Source of the DNA: the human T2T-CHM13v2.0 reference genome, Homo sapiens
Strand: one strand, 5' to 3'
NCBI RefSeq assembly: GCF_009914755.1
Contig: NC_060932.1
Length of the DNA stretch: 64,000 bases
Shown: piece after piece, positions 26,552 to 40,203 of the stretch
Layout: each line of letters opens with the position of its first letter
Numbering within the stretch: the stretch's first letter is position 1
Translations under genes and position numbers: made by a program
The notes under the pieces: model-generated
The model's input: only the letters and a program-made list of their open reading frames with translations
Told to the model about the DNA's origin: nothing
Database searches by the model: none

Positions 26552-27298
26552 AGGACTGAACATGTGAACACTGGTAAAAAAAAAAAAAAACAAAAACAAA
26601 ACCTAGAACTGTGCCTGGCCATAGTAAATACTATGTAAATGTTTGTGAAATAAATCCTTTCTTAAAAATGTCACAGCTCCCTGAGGTAGGTGTTATTTTT
26701 ATTCCTATATTCCAGAGGAGGAAACTGAGGCTTAGGTCAAGCCCATAACTATGTGACAAATGAAATATCCTCCATGTTCTCTCATTTCCCCCACTTAATT
26801 GGACCTCACCATTTTTAAATGCTCCATTCAGCTGAGGCTTCTTGAACATTTTATGACACCCTTTGCGTATAGACTGAGAGGTAACAGGAAATTCATGTTT
26901 TGTTTGGGAAAGGCCTGGCCTATGATGCGGGAACAAATCCACCCAGCACCACGGTGTCTGCGTCATGCAGAGTCTGGTGACTCTCCGGGGCAGCTGTGCT
27001 CTCTGCAGTCGTTCCTGATCGAGGCTGCCTCATTTTGTGATGCCACTATATCAACCTATGGCTTCCAAGATATCTGTGACAAATTAAAAAAGAGCATGAT
27101 GTGTATCATGTGTGCTCATAGCTGTGGGCCTGAATGGATCACATGGCATCAGATTAACTGGAAAGGTTGCTGGTAGCTATGGTCTTCCCTTGTGCCCAGG
27201 AAGTGGAAAATGAAATAGGATTTGGGGAACATTTAGCTTTGGCTCGGTCACAGCCTCCAGACTTTAAAGCCACGTTTTTAAAGCCAAAGGTAGTTGTG

Positions 27299-27590
27299 GG
27301 CCAGGTGTGGTGGCTCATGTGCGTAATCCCAGCACTTTGGGAGACTGAGGCGGGTGGATCACCTGAGGTCAAGAGCTCAAGACCAGCCTGCCCAATGTGG
27401 CAAAACCCCGTCTCTACTAAAAATACAAACAAAAAATTAGCCGGCTGTGGTGGCGTATGCTTGTAGTTCCAGCTACTTGGGAGGCTGAGGCAGGAGAATT
27501 TCTTGAACCCGGGAGGCGAGTGAGCCGAGATGGCACCACTGCACTCCAACCTGGGTGACAGAGCAAGACTCTGTCTCAAAAAAAAAAAAA
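27299..27590 (+). mobile_element. AluS
   Basis: Full Alu with a short right-arm deletion. TSD aaa(g)gtagtt. Confidence 0.95.
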
Positions 27591-27922
27591 GTAGTTTGCT
27601 TGACAGTTCTCCACTGTGGGATTGTTTCTTACACTTGGTTTTGTTTGTTTTCTTTGCTTTAGCTGAGTTACCTCCTCTTGCCCTCTCTCAATAGCCTTCT
27701 GATCCTTACCAGTTAGGAAGGTCAGAATCACTCATTTACCACTTGGTTTTATCGCCGGCTATGAGAATATAGGGCAAATGGGGGAAATAAAACATATCAC
27801 ACCATGATGAAGCTGAAGGAACAGTTTTTCTGTAATTACAGCTAGAATATCAGTCTGCTTGGTGATGTATGTTGTGAAGAGCAGTAAGAAGTGTGGACAG
27901 TGAAGGGCCTTTGATTAGAGGT

Positions 27923-28520
27923 ATGCTATGGTTTAAATGTTTTTGTCCCCTCCAAAAATTCATGTATTGGGAATTGAATCCCCAGTGCAACCATGTTGAA
28001 AGGTGGGGCCTAATGGGAGGTGTTTAGGTTATGAGAGCTCTGCCTGCATAAATGGACTAATGACACTCATTATAAAAAGTGTTTGCAGGCCAGGAGTGTT
28101 AGCTCACAGTGTAATCCCAGCAGTTTGAGAGTCTGAGGGGGGAGGATTGCTTGAGCCCAGGAGTTCTAGACCAGCCTGGGCAACAAAGCAAGACCCTGTC
28201 TTTACAAAAAATAATTAAAAAATTAGCTGGGCACTGTGGCACATACTTGTAGTCCCAGCTACTCAGAAAGCTGAGGCAGGAGGATGGCTTGTGCCCAGGA
28301 GTTTGAGGCTGCAATGAGCTAGGATCATACCACTATGCTCGCTCTAGCCTGGGTGACAGAGTGAGACCCCATCTCTAAAAGGCGAGTTTGAAGGAGTGGG
28401 TTTGCTCTCTTATGCTCTTCTGCCACGTGAGGACACGGGGTTCCTCCCCTCCGGAAGACAGCAACAAGACTCTGTCTTGGAAGCAGAGAGATCAGGTCCC
28501 TCACCAAATGCATCGGTGGC
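27923..28520 (+). mobile_element. MSTD-like LTR (3'-truncated) interrupted by AluJ at 28088-28380
   Basis: tgctatggtttaaatgtttttgtcccctccaaaa...ggtggggcctaatgggaggtgtttagg; resumes after the Alu. Confidence 0.75.
28088..28380 (+). mobile_element. AluJ
   Basis: ggaggattgcttgagcccaggagtt...gtttgaggctgcaatgagcta are AluJ diagnostics. Confidence 0.92.
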
Positions 28521-29854
28521 ATTAAAGCTGTGAGGCCTGAGGTTTGCCCACTTTCCCTCTTGTTCACTCCACTTTTCATGAGAGGTTCCAACATCGAGAA
28601 CTTGCATAAAGCCTGACATTTGGATCCCCGGTGACAGCCTGGGCTGGGAAAGAACAGGCAGGAGAAACAGTTTCTTTCTGTCCTGGAGGAATTTGTAAAA
28701 TGGTGACCCATAACCTGCAAGTGGAGAAAAATGTAAGGCCACTGAAAGACTGATTGATTGATGTCTTCTGTGCAATGATGCTGCAGAAGGTCCCCTCCAG
28801 GCTGCAGAGCTCTGGTCCCTGAGGCTAAAGATCTGGTTTGACGCCATCTGTTTGAACACTTAACAGCTTTGTGGCCTTCGGCAAGTCAATGAACCTCTCT
28901 GAGTTGCTGGTTTGCTGTAAGACCAGAGGAGACAATGAATGTGAAAATAATTAATGGTAACACTCCAATCAATGCTAGGTATCCTCATTGATTTTATTTA
29001 TGTTTTCTCTTGATGATGAATAGCAAATTTGGATTCTTTAGGAGCAGGTGACAGAAATAGGACTCTATCTTTCTTAAATCAAAAAGGGCTTTATTGGGAG
29101 AATATTGGGGGTGCTCTCAGAAATGGAGAAAATTTGAGGAATTAGATCTCTAAAAGGGTAGGAATCATTTCAGGTCCAGGGATTTGGGTGACAAAAACCA
29201 ATAAAAAGCCTTGTAGCAGGGGTGGGGAATGGGGAGTGGGAGGGTGGGGAATCCACTCTGGCCTGATTCAAGGAAAAGAGCATCTGACTGGCTTAGCCTG
29301 AGCTCAGTGTCCACCACCTGGTCAGGGAAGGAAGTTCACCTTGACTTACAATCCCACCAGGAGTGGGGGAGGGGTGGCTCCCCAGACAGAAACTGGGGCA
29401 TTGTTGCCAGGAAAAGGAGCAATAGATGCTGGGCAGGGAACACAAGAAATAGAGATTAAAATAGTCAAAGCACTTTATTTCCTGTGTTCCTGGCCCAGTG
29501 CAGGACTCTGTGGGGAGCTAAAGTAAAAGAAATCTTGATGCTGGGGATTTTTGATTTTTTTTGCAAGTGGAACAGTGAGGGAGTTGGACTGGGGTGGGGG
29601 GCAGTGCTTCTAAGCCTGGCTATTCTCTAATTCCACAATGTGTTGGGTCTGATTGTTTAGAGCTCCCTCTTGGCAATTAACATGCCTAATTAGTCCAGCC
29701 TTGTGTGGTTCAGGGTCAAAACTCGCTGTCAGCTCTCCCAGCCCCACCCCCGCAGCCCACCCCACCCATATTCCTTTAGAGAGGGAGGGTTCTCTGCAGA
29801 AATTGGCTGGCTGCTGCTGGCTCTCATGCACTTTCCTATCTCAGGCACCGCCTG

Positions 29855-29920
29855 GTGTCAGAAGCCACTTCTGAGTCATCCCTCTGCCTTGTGTCAGAAG
29901 CCACTTCTGAGTCATTCCTT
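29855..29920. repeat. 36-bp tandem duplication with an AP-1 site in each copy
   Basis: gtgtcagaagccacttctgagtcat at 29855 and 29891. Confidence 0.9.
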
Positions 29921-30227
29921 TGTGATCTTGCCTTGGGACAATGGTGAATAGTTGGTGTTTTTGTCATTTCTCAGGGTATGTCCTGAGTTGAAAGCAAAGA
30001 GGAAAGGACATAGATGCATTTCTGTTTGTTCTGGGCTTACAGATCCTTTGCTCAGATATTTTTGTAAAAATAACTATGATTGCTCTTATGACTAGGACAT
30101 GAACAAAGTCTTATGGCAGAGAACTTGACATAAAGAAGAAATCAAGTATTACCCTTAATCCCATCATCCCACCACACAGTGTCATCATTTTGAGATCTAT
30201 CCTTACCGTTTTATTTCAGTGGACTTA

Positions 30228-30643
30228 CAGATGCTTCTTGATTTATGATGGCATTGTCCCAATAAACCTGTCGTAAGCTGAAATATCATAAGTTAAAAAA
30301 ATGCACTTAAGACCCCTAACCTACTGAACACCAAAGCTTAGCCTGGCCTACGTTAAACATGCTCAGAACACATACATTAGTCTACAGTTGGGCAAAATTA
30401 TCAAGCAACATGGTGCACTGGAGAGTATTCATTGTTTACCTTTGTGATTGTGTGGCTGACTGGGAGCTGTGCTCATAGCTACTGACCATCATCTTGAGAG
30501 AGCATCATACCACATATCACCAGCCCAGGTAAAGAGCAAAATTCCAAATTTGAAGTGTGGTTTTTACAGAATGTATATCAGTTTTGAACCATTATAAAGT
30601 CAAAAAATTATGAATCAAACCATCATAAGATTGGCACTGTTCA
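30228..30643 (+). mobile_element. Tigger5/MER47-type DNA transposon relic
   Basis: cagatgcttcttgatttatgatgg...cctaacctactgaaca...gcttagcctggcctacgttaaacatgctcagaacac. Confidence 0.8.
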
Positions 30644-30906
30644 TATATACCTAGATAAATACATGGTGATTTTTCTAACTTCTGATATTTACAGAGGCAA
30701 TTGCCACTGGGTGAAAGCTCAATATCACGTACTCTATTTTGCAGAATGAAGGAAAAAATTCATTGTCAATTTGCATTGCCAGAATGGGATACTGAAACCG
30801 AGACCTAATTGCATAATGGTTAAGAGCTTGACTTCTGTAGTAATAAAATGTAACATTTATAAAGTATTTTCTCTGTTCTAAGCACTTTCTATGTACAGTA
30901 CTAGCT

Positions 30907-31277
30907 GTCTTAGTTTGTTTGCTGCTGCTATAAAAGATATGCCCACAGACTAGGTAATTTATGAAGAACAGAGATTTGTTTAGCTCATGGTTCTGGAGGC
31001 TGGGAAGTCAAAGAGCATGGTACAGGCATCTGGAGAGGCACATCGAAAAGGTGGGTGGATGGGTGAAAGGTGGAAGTGAGCACAGGAGACAGAGAGGGAA
31101 TGTAGGCTGAACTGAATCCTTTTATTAGGAACACACTCCTGTCATGATGGCATTAATCCCTTAATGAGAGCAAAGACCTCATGATCTAATCATCTCTTAA
31201 AGGCCCCACCTCTAAATACCATTACATTAGCAATTCAATTTCAACATGAGTTTTGGAGGGGATATTTAAAGCATAAT
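30907..31277 (-). mobile_element. MST/MLT1A-type LTR
   Basis: tgtcttagtttgtttgctgctgctata...ttctggaggctgggaagtcaaaga...tttcaacatgagttttggagggg. Confidence 0.8.
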
Positions 31278-31452
31278 ATTATCCATCTATTTTTTGTAAC
31301 AAGCAGTGAGGCGGGAGTGATGACTATTGTTTCCATCTTACAGATGAGGACATGGAGCATAAAGAGATCAAGTAACTTGCTCAAGATCACGTAGCTACTA
31401 AGCAGAAGAGCTGGGATGTCAGCATGGCTGCCTGTCAGGGCCGTGCTCTTAA

Positions 31453-31868
<416 letters not shown>

Positions 31869-32801
31869 TGAGTAGAGGAATCAGGTTTGAATACTGGTCT
31901 GTCTCTTAAGAGATGTAAGAGCTTAGGGACTTTTAAAAACTACTCTGAGTAACTTGCTCAATCCAGGGGCAAGCTCTGTCATCTTTCCCTTCAAAAGATA
32001 TTTTGAATCCACTTCTCACCATGCCCACCACTGTTGTCTTGGGCCAAGCTACCATCATTCCTCACCAGGACTTTTGCTGTGACCTCTTACAAGTAGTTTT
32101 TCTATTTCGACACTTGCTGTAGCTATCTTTATCCAGCAGTCAGGTGATCTCGTAGAACATAACACAGACCAGATCTCTCCTGTACTCAAATCTTCCGATA
32201 ATTTCTTATCACACTTGGAATAACACACAGGCTTGCAGGGTCTTACATGGCCCCAGCTCTATCTTCCCAATCCCCCCGACTCCTTTGCTCATGTTCTTCA
32301 GTGACACAGGGCTTTTCCTTGAACACTGTCTACCTTGGTCTCAGAGCCTTTGCACACTGTATACATTGACGTATGTTGCTGTGAGTGTGAAGGCAGTGGC
32401 AAAGCCCACACTAGGCTGTTAACACAAGTAACTGGGTTGAAGTGGAGAGGAGTAGGGAGGATTATCAATGTTTTCTCCACAGGCCAATGTGTTTTACAAA
32501 TCATGCCTTAATTTTGTAGTTTTAAAAAGGAATTTAATAAAGAAAGGGGATAAGCCCTTTTAATAGCTTTATCCTCCCTTAACTATGAGCACACATCTCT
32601 TCCTCCTTTGTAGGCAAGCTCCTGGCTTTCTGTCTTATCTCTCAGTCACCCCAAAGCCCATGGCAGCCTGGTTTCTAAGCCCCTCTGCTGCCCTTGCAGC
32701 CTGACCACCAACCTCTTTGTTGATAAGACCAACCACCCTTTTCCGGTTAGCTTTCCAGACTTCTCAGCTGAATTAAATACTGTTGACCGCTCTATTCTTC
32801 T

Positions 32802-33765
32802 TTTTATTTTTTATTTTTTAAATTTTAAATGTGGCAAAATACACATAACAAAATTTACCATTCTACCAATTTTTTAAGTATATAGTACAGTAGTGTTAAG
32901 TACATTCACATTGTTGTACAACCATCTCCACCATCCATCTCTAGAACTCTTTTCATCTTGCAAAACGGAAACTCTGTCCCTAATAAACAACGACTTCCCA
33001 TTCTCCCTCCTCCCAGCCCCTGGAAACCACCATTCTTTTTTCTGTCTCTGATATAGCTTGAATATTTATTCCTGCCCAAATCTCACGTTGAATTGTAATC
33101 CCCAAATGCTGCAGGTGGGGCCTGGTAGGAGGTGATAGGATCATGGGGGTGGATCTTTTATGAATGGCGTGGGTCATCCTTTTGGTGATGAGTGGGCTCT
33201 TGCTCTGAGTTCACATGAGATCTGATTGTTTAAAAGTGTGTGGCTCCTCCCCCGCCACTCTTTCTCTCACTTGCTCCAGCCTTCGCCATGTGCCATGCCT
33301 GCTCCCCACTTGCCTTCTGTCACGATCGGAAGCTTCCTGAGGCCTCCCTAGAAGCCGAGCAGATGCAGCCCCACGCTTCGTGTCCGGCCTGCAGAACTGT
33401 GAGCCAATTAAACTTATTTTCTTTATAAATTACCCAGTCTCAGGTACTGCTTTATAGCAATGCAAGAATGGCTTAATACAGTCTGTATGAATTTGACTAC
33501 TCTGTCCACCTCATTTATAAACGGAATCATACGGTATTTGTCTTTTTGTGATTATCTGATTTCATTTAGCCTCATGTCCTCAAGGTTCATCCATACCATA
33601 GCATTGTGTTAGCTTTTCCTTCCTTTTTAAGGCTGAATAATATTCTATTGTATATACCATATTTTGCTTATCTACTCATTCACTGATGGACACTTGAGTT
33701 GCTTCTTCCTTTTGGCTATTGTGACTAATGCTGCTGTGAGCATGTGGGCACAGATATCTCTTAGG
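32802..33765 (-). mobile_element. L1MB 3' end interrupted by an MST LTR
   Basis: taacaaaatttaccatt...ttcacattgttgtacaaccatc...cccagcccctggaaaccacc; resumes tatgaatttgactactct. Confidence 0.85.
33049..33480 (+). mobile_element. MSTA/MSTB solo LTR
   Basis: tgatatagcttgaatattt...ttatagcaatgcaagaatggcttaataca. TSD gtctc/gtctg. Confidence 0.88.
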
Positions 33766-34392
33766 GCACTCCCTTCTTTTGAAACTCCCTACCTTTTTTT
33801 TTTCTGTCTCTTTTGCCAGCTCTTCTTCCTCCTCCTTTCCCTGATCCTTAAATCTTGGTGTTCCTACAGCTTTGTCCTAGGTCTTTTCTACCTCACCCAC
33901 CATGCCATCCACTCCCCACGTTTCATTTACTATCTTTATCCCTATAATGCCAAATAATAATAAGTATTATTGCTAATTAGAAATTTAGTATTTATTGTGT
34001 GCCAATAATTTTTAACATACTTTATGGGTATTTTCTCATTTAATCCTCACAGCAATGATATGAGGTTTGTACTATTATTATCTTCATTTTACACAGAAGG
34101 AAACCGAAGCACAGCATGACTAGTGAACTCAGCCCAATTCACACAGAAGGCGAGAGCTGAGATTGAAACTCAGGCAGTCTGTGTGCAGGGCCTCTGTTCT
34201 TCACCAGCAAGTTCTTCTTTCACTTGGAGTTCATATCTACAGCCCAGTGTTCTTTCTCACCTGCAGGAGACCGTATCGGCCACACTCTAATAGATGCCAG
34301 GGAGCTCCCCGCAGGGCTGTTGTCAACAAAAGGTTCTAACCTGTGCTTACTAAATAAGACTCCTAAATGATATTTTTTGTGAAGTTATTGTA

Positions 34393-34827
34393 TGTTATGG
34401 GTTGAATTGTGTCTTCTGCAAAAGATATATTGAATTCCTAACCCACAGCTCCTCAGAATCTGGTCTTATTTGGAAATAGACTAATTGCAGATGTAATTAG
34501 CTAGAGACTATACTAGTGTATAGGGTAGGCCCCTAATCTGATATGACTGTTGTCCTTATAGAAACACAGCCATGTGAAGATGAAGGCAGAGACTGGAAAA
34601 AGTGTGAAGGCAGAGTTTATCCTGATTGGATTAGGAATAAATAGAGTCCTATAAACCAAGGAATGTCAAGGATTGCTGGCCATCCCTGGAAGCTAGGACG
34701 CTGGGACAGGTTCTCCCTCAGAGCCTCTGGAAGGAACTAACCCTGTAAAACACCTTGATTTTGGAACTTTGGCCTTCAAAACTGAGGGAATAAATTTTTG
34801 GTATTTTAAGCCACCCAGTTTGTGGTA
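34393..34827 (+). mobile_element. MLT1C-like LTR interrupted by Tigger1
   Basis: tgttatgggttgaattgtgtc...ttttaagccacccagtttgtggta. The missing last ~35 bp appear reversed at 36748-36782. Confidence 0.85.
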
Positions 34828-36348
34828 CAAGCATACCTCAAAGACTTGCAAGTTCAGTGCCATACCACCACATTAAAGCAAATATTGCAATAAAGTGAGT
34901 CATACAATTTTTTTGGTTTCCCAGTGCATATAACAGTTATGTTTATACTACGGTACAGTCTATTAAATGTGCAATAGCATTATGTCTAAAAACAGTATAT
35001 ATGTTAATTAAGAGATATTTTATTGCTAAAAATGCTGATCATCAGAGCCTTCAGTGAGTCATAACCTTTTTGCTAGTGGAGAGTCTTGCCTCAGTGTTCA
35101 TGGCTACTGACTGACGAGGGTGGTAGTGGCTGAAGACTGGGGTGGATGTGGCAATTTTTAAAAATAATGCAACAATAAAGTTTGCTGCATTGAATGACTC
35201 TTCCTGTGATATTTCTCTGTGATATGCTGTATTAGTTTATCCTCATGCTGCTAATAAAGACATACTCAAGACTGGGTAATCTATAAAGAAAAGAGATTTA
35301 ATGGACTGACAGTTCCACGTGGCTGGGGAGGCCTCACAATCGTGGCAGAAGATGAAGAAAGAGCAAACGGATGTCTTACATGGTGGCAGGCAAAGAGAAC
35401 TTGTGCAGGGGAACTTCCATTTATAAAACCATCAGATCTCATGAGACTTATTCACTATCAAGAGAACAGCAAAGAAAAGACCTGTTCCCATGATTCAGTT
35501 ACTCCCATGACCCATGAGAATTATGGGAGCTACAATTCAAGATGAGATTTGGGTGGGGACACAGCCAAACCATATCACATGCAATGCTGTTAGACAGCAT
35601 TTATCCACAGTAGAATTTTCTCAAAATTAGAGTCAATTCTCTCAAACTCTCCCACTGCTAAGTTTATGTAATATGCTAAATTCTTTGTTATCATTAGAAC
35701 AGTGTTCACAGTGTTTTCACCAGGAGTAGATTCCATCTCAAGAAACCACTTTTTTTGCTTATCTATAAGAAGCAACTCTTCATTCTTTCATGTTTCATTA
35801 TAAGATTGCAGCAATTCAGTCACATCTTCAGGCTCCACTTCTAATTTGGTTTTCTTGCTTTTTCCATCACAGCTGCAATTACTTCCTCCACTGTAGTCTT
35901 GAACAAGTTGTCCATGAGAGTTGGAATCAACGTCTTCCAAACTTCTGTCAATGTTGATATTTTTGTCCTCTTCCCTTGAATTATGACAGTTCTTAATGGC
36001 ACCTAGAATAGTTAGTCCTTTCCAGAAGGTTTTCAATTTGTATTTTCCAGATCCATTAGAGGAATCACTATCTATGGAAGACATAGCCTTACAAAATGTA
36101 TTTCTTAAATAATAAGACTTGAAAGTAAAAATTACTCCTTGGTCTATGTGCTGCAGAAGGGGTGTTGTGTTAGCAGCCATGGAAACATTAATCTCTTTGT
36201 ACATATCCATCTGAGCTCTTGGGTGACTGGGTCATTATCAATGAACAGTGATATTTTGAAGGGAATATGTTTTTTGGAGCAGCAGGTCTCAACAGTCAGC
36301 TTAAAGTATTCAGTAAACCATGCTGTCAACAGATGAGCTGTCATTCAG
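34828..36348 (-). mobile_element. Tigger1 3' half with decayed transposase
   Basis: Terminal repeat caagcatacctc after TA. ORF-track peptides [27 protein letters not shown] and [15 protein letters not shown] resemble pogo-like DDE transposase, with frameshifts and stops. Confidence 0.92.
35228..35577 (-). mobile_element. THE1B-like solo LTR inside Tigger1
   Basis: tgtattagt...ggggacacagccaaaccatatca. TSD tatgc/catgc. Confidence 0.9.
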
Positions 36349-36782
36349 AAAAATAAGGTAGAGAAGTTATTGGCGTTGTACTTCCCTAGCACAGACCCTG
36401 GATCATAGCAAGCCTTCAAGAAAGTTTTATTATTATTATTATTTTCTTTATTTTAAGGAGCAGAGAGTTAAATAGCCAAGAAAGAAAGAAGAAGCTCACC
36501 TGTAGAGACAGAGGGAGGGGGCTCCAAGCTGAGAGAGGAAACCTCTGAGAAAGTTTCCTGTAATAATGAATAAAAAATAAATGAGCATATTCTCTGCTGC
36601 ACTAAACATATTGCATTTACCCAAATTGGTGCCCCACCCAGCTTCCCTCTGGGCAAACATTTTTGCCCCTGTTGGACTCCAAGCAAATCTATACTGTCCA
36701 CTATGTGTTCAAAGAAATCACTTATAATGAACAACATACAAAATTAATGTGTTAATTTCCCAGGGCTGCCATAACAAAAATC

Positions 36783-37029
36783 CAGGAATCCTTCCATCGT
36801 ATTGAGCTTCGCTTTACTGTACTTCACAGATATTGTGTCTTTTTTACACATTGAAGGTTTGTGGCAGCCCTGCTTCAAGAAAGTCTATCAGTGCCATTTT
36901 TTCAACAACAAGTGTTTACTTTATGTCTCTGTGTCACACTTTGGTAATTCCTACAGTATTTCAAACTTTTTCATTATATCTGTTATAGTGATCTGTAATC
37001 AGTGACCTTTGATGTTACTATTGTAATTG
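36783..37029 (+). mobile_element. Tigger1 5' end, opposite orientation to the 3' half
   Basis: cagg...tattgagcttcgctttactgtacttcacagatattg...ttgaaggtttgtggca...tttgatgttactattgtaattg. Confidence 0.88.
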
Positions 37030-37257
37030 ACAATACAATGACAAAAGTTTGGTAAGATCAGAGTGACAGGTAGATATGAGGGAACAAATTAGGGTAGTGG
37101 CCAGCTCGAGGGTCCTGCTGGGAGTGAGACTATCTCACAAAACAAACAAAAAAAACCCAAAATGCTGTCACTAGGGAAGTGCTCCTCTCAGACACCCAAT
37201 GGTTAATTCCTTTGGATCAGTTATTGCACTGTTATGCTGCCATTAGGGCACACATGC

Positions 37258-37634
37258 TGCTATGGAGTGACTTGTGTCTCCCTAAATTCATGTATTGAAG
37301 CCCTAACCTCCAACGTGAATTATATTTGGGGACAGGGTTTTTAGGAGTTAATTAGGGTAAAATAATGTCATAAAGGTGGGGCCCTAATTTAGCAGGGCTG
37401 GTGCCCCTATAAGAAGAGGAAGAGATACCAGAGCTCTCTTTCTGCACCATGTGAGGACATAGCAAGAAAGTGGCCACCTGCAAGCCAGGAAGAGGACCCT
37501 AACCAGGAACCAAACCCTGACAGAAACTTGATCTTAGACTTTCCACCCTCCAGGCCTGTGAGAAAATACATGTCCATTGTTTAAGCCACCTAGTTGATAG
37601 TATTTTGTTATGACAGCCTGAGCAGACCAATACA
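37258..37634 (+). mobile_element. MLT1A-like solo LTR
   Basis: tgctatgg...aaattcatgtattgaagccctaacc...cagcctgagcagaccaataca. Confidence 0.85.
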
Positions 37635-38895
37635 CATAGGTATGTCCAGGTGGTTAATTTATGGCTGGAATGTGTTCTGAATGGGTAAGCATCCATTCTG
37701 ATTGGTTAGCTTCCATGCTTTTCCAGTTATAAAATATTTTGCATATTACCCCCACGTGTAATTATCTGTTCATTTGTCTTCATTTACCCCACCCTTGAGA
37801 TAGTGATCTGTTGTTTAAAGGAAGGAACTATGTGTTATTCACGTTTCCCAAAGCCTCGGTAAATGTTTACTGAATGACTGAATCCATCTTATTTCTCCAG
37901 AAACAGAAAATCTTTTTCTTTAAGGACACAAAGCCTTGGGTATTTATATTTGATTTAATGCCCTTGTCCTCACCCTGATCTTCGTTTTCTTGGCGTGACT
38001 CTTGTGTAGGGGCTAGTCCTGAGGCGAGGGTCTTGCCCCACATTAAGATTATGATGTGCACAGGTAGAAAGCCATAGGATCTGGGTTAAGAAGACTCAAG
38101 TGTTAACTGAGTGTGCATAACCATGCATGCTTAAAGAAAAATTAAAATATCAAAGACCTCATTCCTCTAGAGAGGTGGGGTAGAAGAATAGAGAGAATAT
38201 AGATTCTAGAGTCAGAAGATCTGAGTTTCAGTTTCCAGCCCCACCACTTACAGGTGTGTTCTTGAGTAAGTCACTCATGCTGATCAATACTTGGTTTCCT
38301 CATCTATAAAATGGGTTCCATTGTTAGGCGTTACAAGGAATTCTGGATTGTTATTAGCTGGCATTTTGCTAGGGGACAAAGAATATCAGAATTCTGCTTT
38401 GGTTTAGCCATACCTTCTTCCCAGGAGACTCCCAAGGGATATAGTTACATGAAGCACGAGAGCCAAGAAAACAAGCACCATTTTGTGTTTAGCCGGATTG
38501 AGGCCCAAGCTATGTGAACGTGACTCAGGTTCATGAATCACACATTTTCCCCTAAGGTAATTAGGTGTAAATGGCTTCAAATCCAAAACTAATAGAACCC
38601 ATTTATCAGAACTAGGCAGAATGTACCTGGAGAGGGACAGATTCATAGAATGTGTTTATCTTCATGCCAAAGGAAGAGCTGGCAGGGTGTGGGGTCTAGC
38701 TGGCTGCCACATGGAAGTAGAGCAGAGAGGAAAAGAGCGAGATGGCAGGGCTTCCTCTAAGAGGGGTCCTTGAAGAAGGGGGAAAGATGTTTCCAGAGCA
38801 GAGCATGGGGCCTGTCCCTCGGGTCTCCTTACCACTCCTGCAGCATGGGAGAGGGGTGACCACAAAAGAAGGCCACACTACGTGCATACACTTAA

Positions 38896-39369
<474 letters not shown>

Positions 39370-40203
39370 CTAATATTGATTATTTTTTGCTAAAGTCCAT
39401 CGTTTACATTAGGGTTCATTCTTGGTGCTGTGCATTCTATACGTTTTGACAATTGCGTTAATGCTATATATCCATCTCTGCCTTTTAGGGCTCTACCTAT
39501 TCCTCCCTCCCTCCTGCTGAACCCCTGGCAACCACTGATCTTTGTGCCTACACTTTAAATCCACAATGTTTCTGCCGACTAGCAGACACACTATTCTCAG
39601 TGTCTGATATCTGACCCTTCCCTTCTAACGCCCCCTGGGTGGGAGTAAGCAGTAAAGTCAGGAGAGCTTGTCTCTCTCCTTGAGGGGTGCTTTGCTCTGC
39701 CTCCCCACTAGAGGACTATGTGAGAATAATATCTACCTTACAGGGTTGTTATAAGGATTAAATATATGAAATAAAACCTCTACAGATGTTAACTATCACT
39801 GGAATCTTTAATTTTGGTTTTGAATAACTCCATCAGGAGTAAGTTAGTATTTATTTTAATATAAAAGGGTTTGCTAAGCATATCCAGGGACTGCAGGGGA
39901 AGGTTTAACTTAGGGAATGAGCTTTTTTAGAAACAATTAGCAGCTGCCATTTGTGAATTAATGTGCCACCCAACTGAGCCATTCCCCAAGGCTTAGTCCT
40001 CAACTCCTGCTCTTCACCCTCCACTCTCATCTGTGCTCATTTATCTTCATGGCGTCTCTCATTTCTTATTGGATAAATTCCAGATTTGTCTGCAGTACCA
40101 TCCTGTCCCCTGAGTCATAGTATCTCCAACTGTCTCATGGACAGTTGCACTCAGATGTCCTGCCTTCATATCAAATTCAGAAGGGGCAAACCCAGCTCCT
40201 CTG

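Noticed and set aside
26942-26962. REST/RE1 site
   Set aside because: Only the left half (cagcaccacgg) matches; the GACAG right half is absent.
30761-30776. SOX-OCT composite (cattgtcaatttgcat)
   Set aside because: The octamer is in the reverse orientation relative to the canonical composite element.
35590-36344. Domesticated Tigger transposase (TIGD-like gene)
   Set aside because: Split across frames, interrupted by THE1 and missing the N-terminal part.
39627-39643. Second CTCF site (minus strand CACCCAGGGGGCGT)
   Set aside because: Mismatch in the conserved 5' CC part; too weak without ChIP data.
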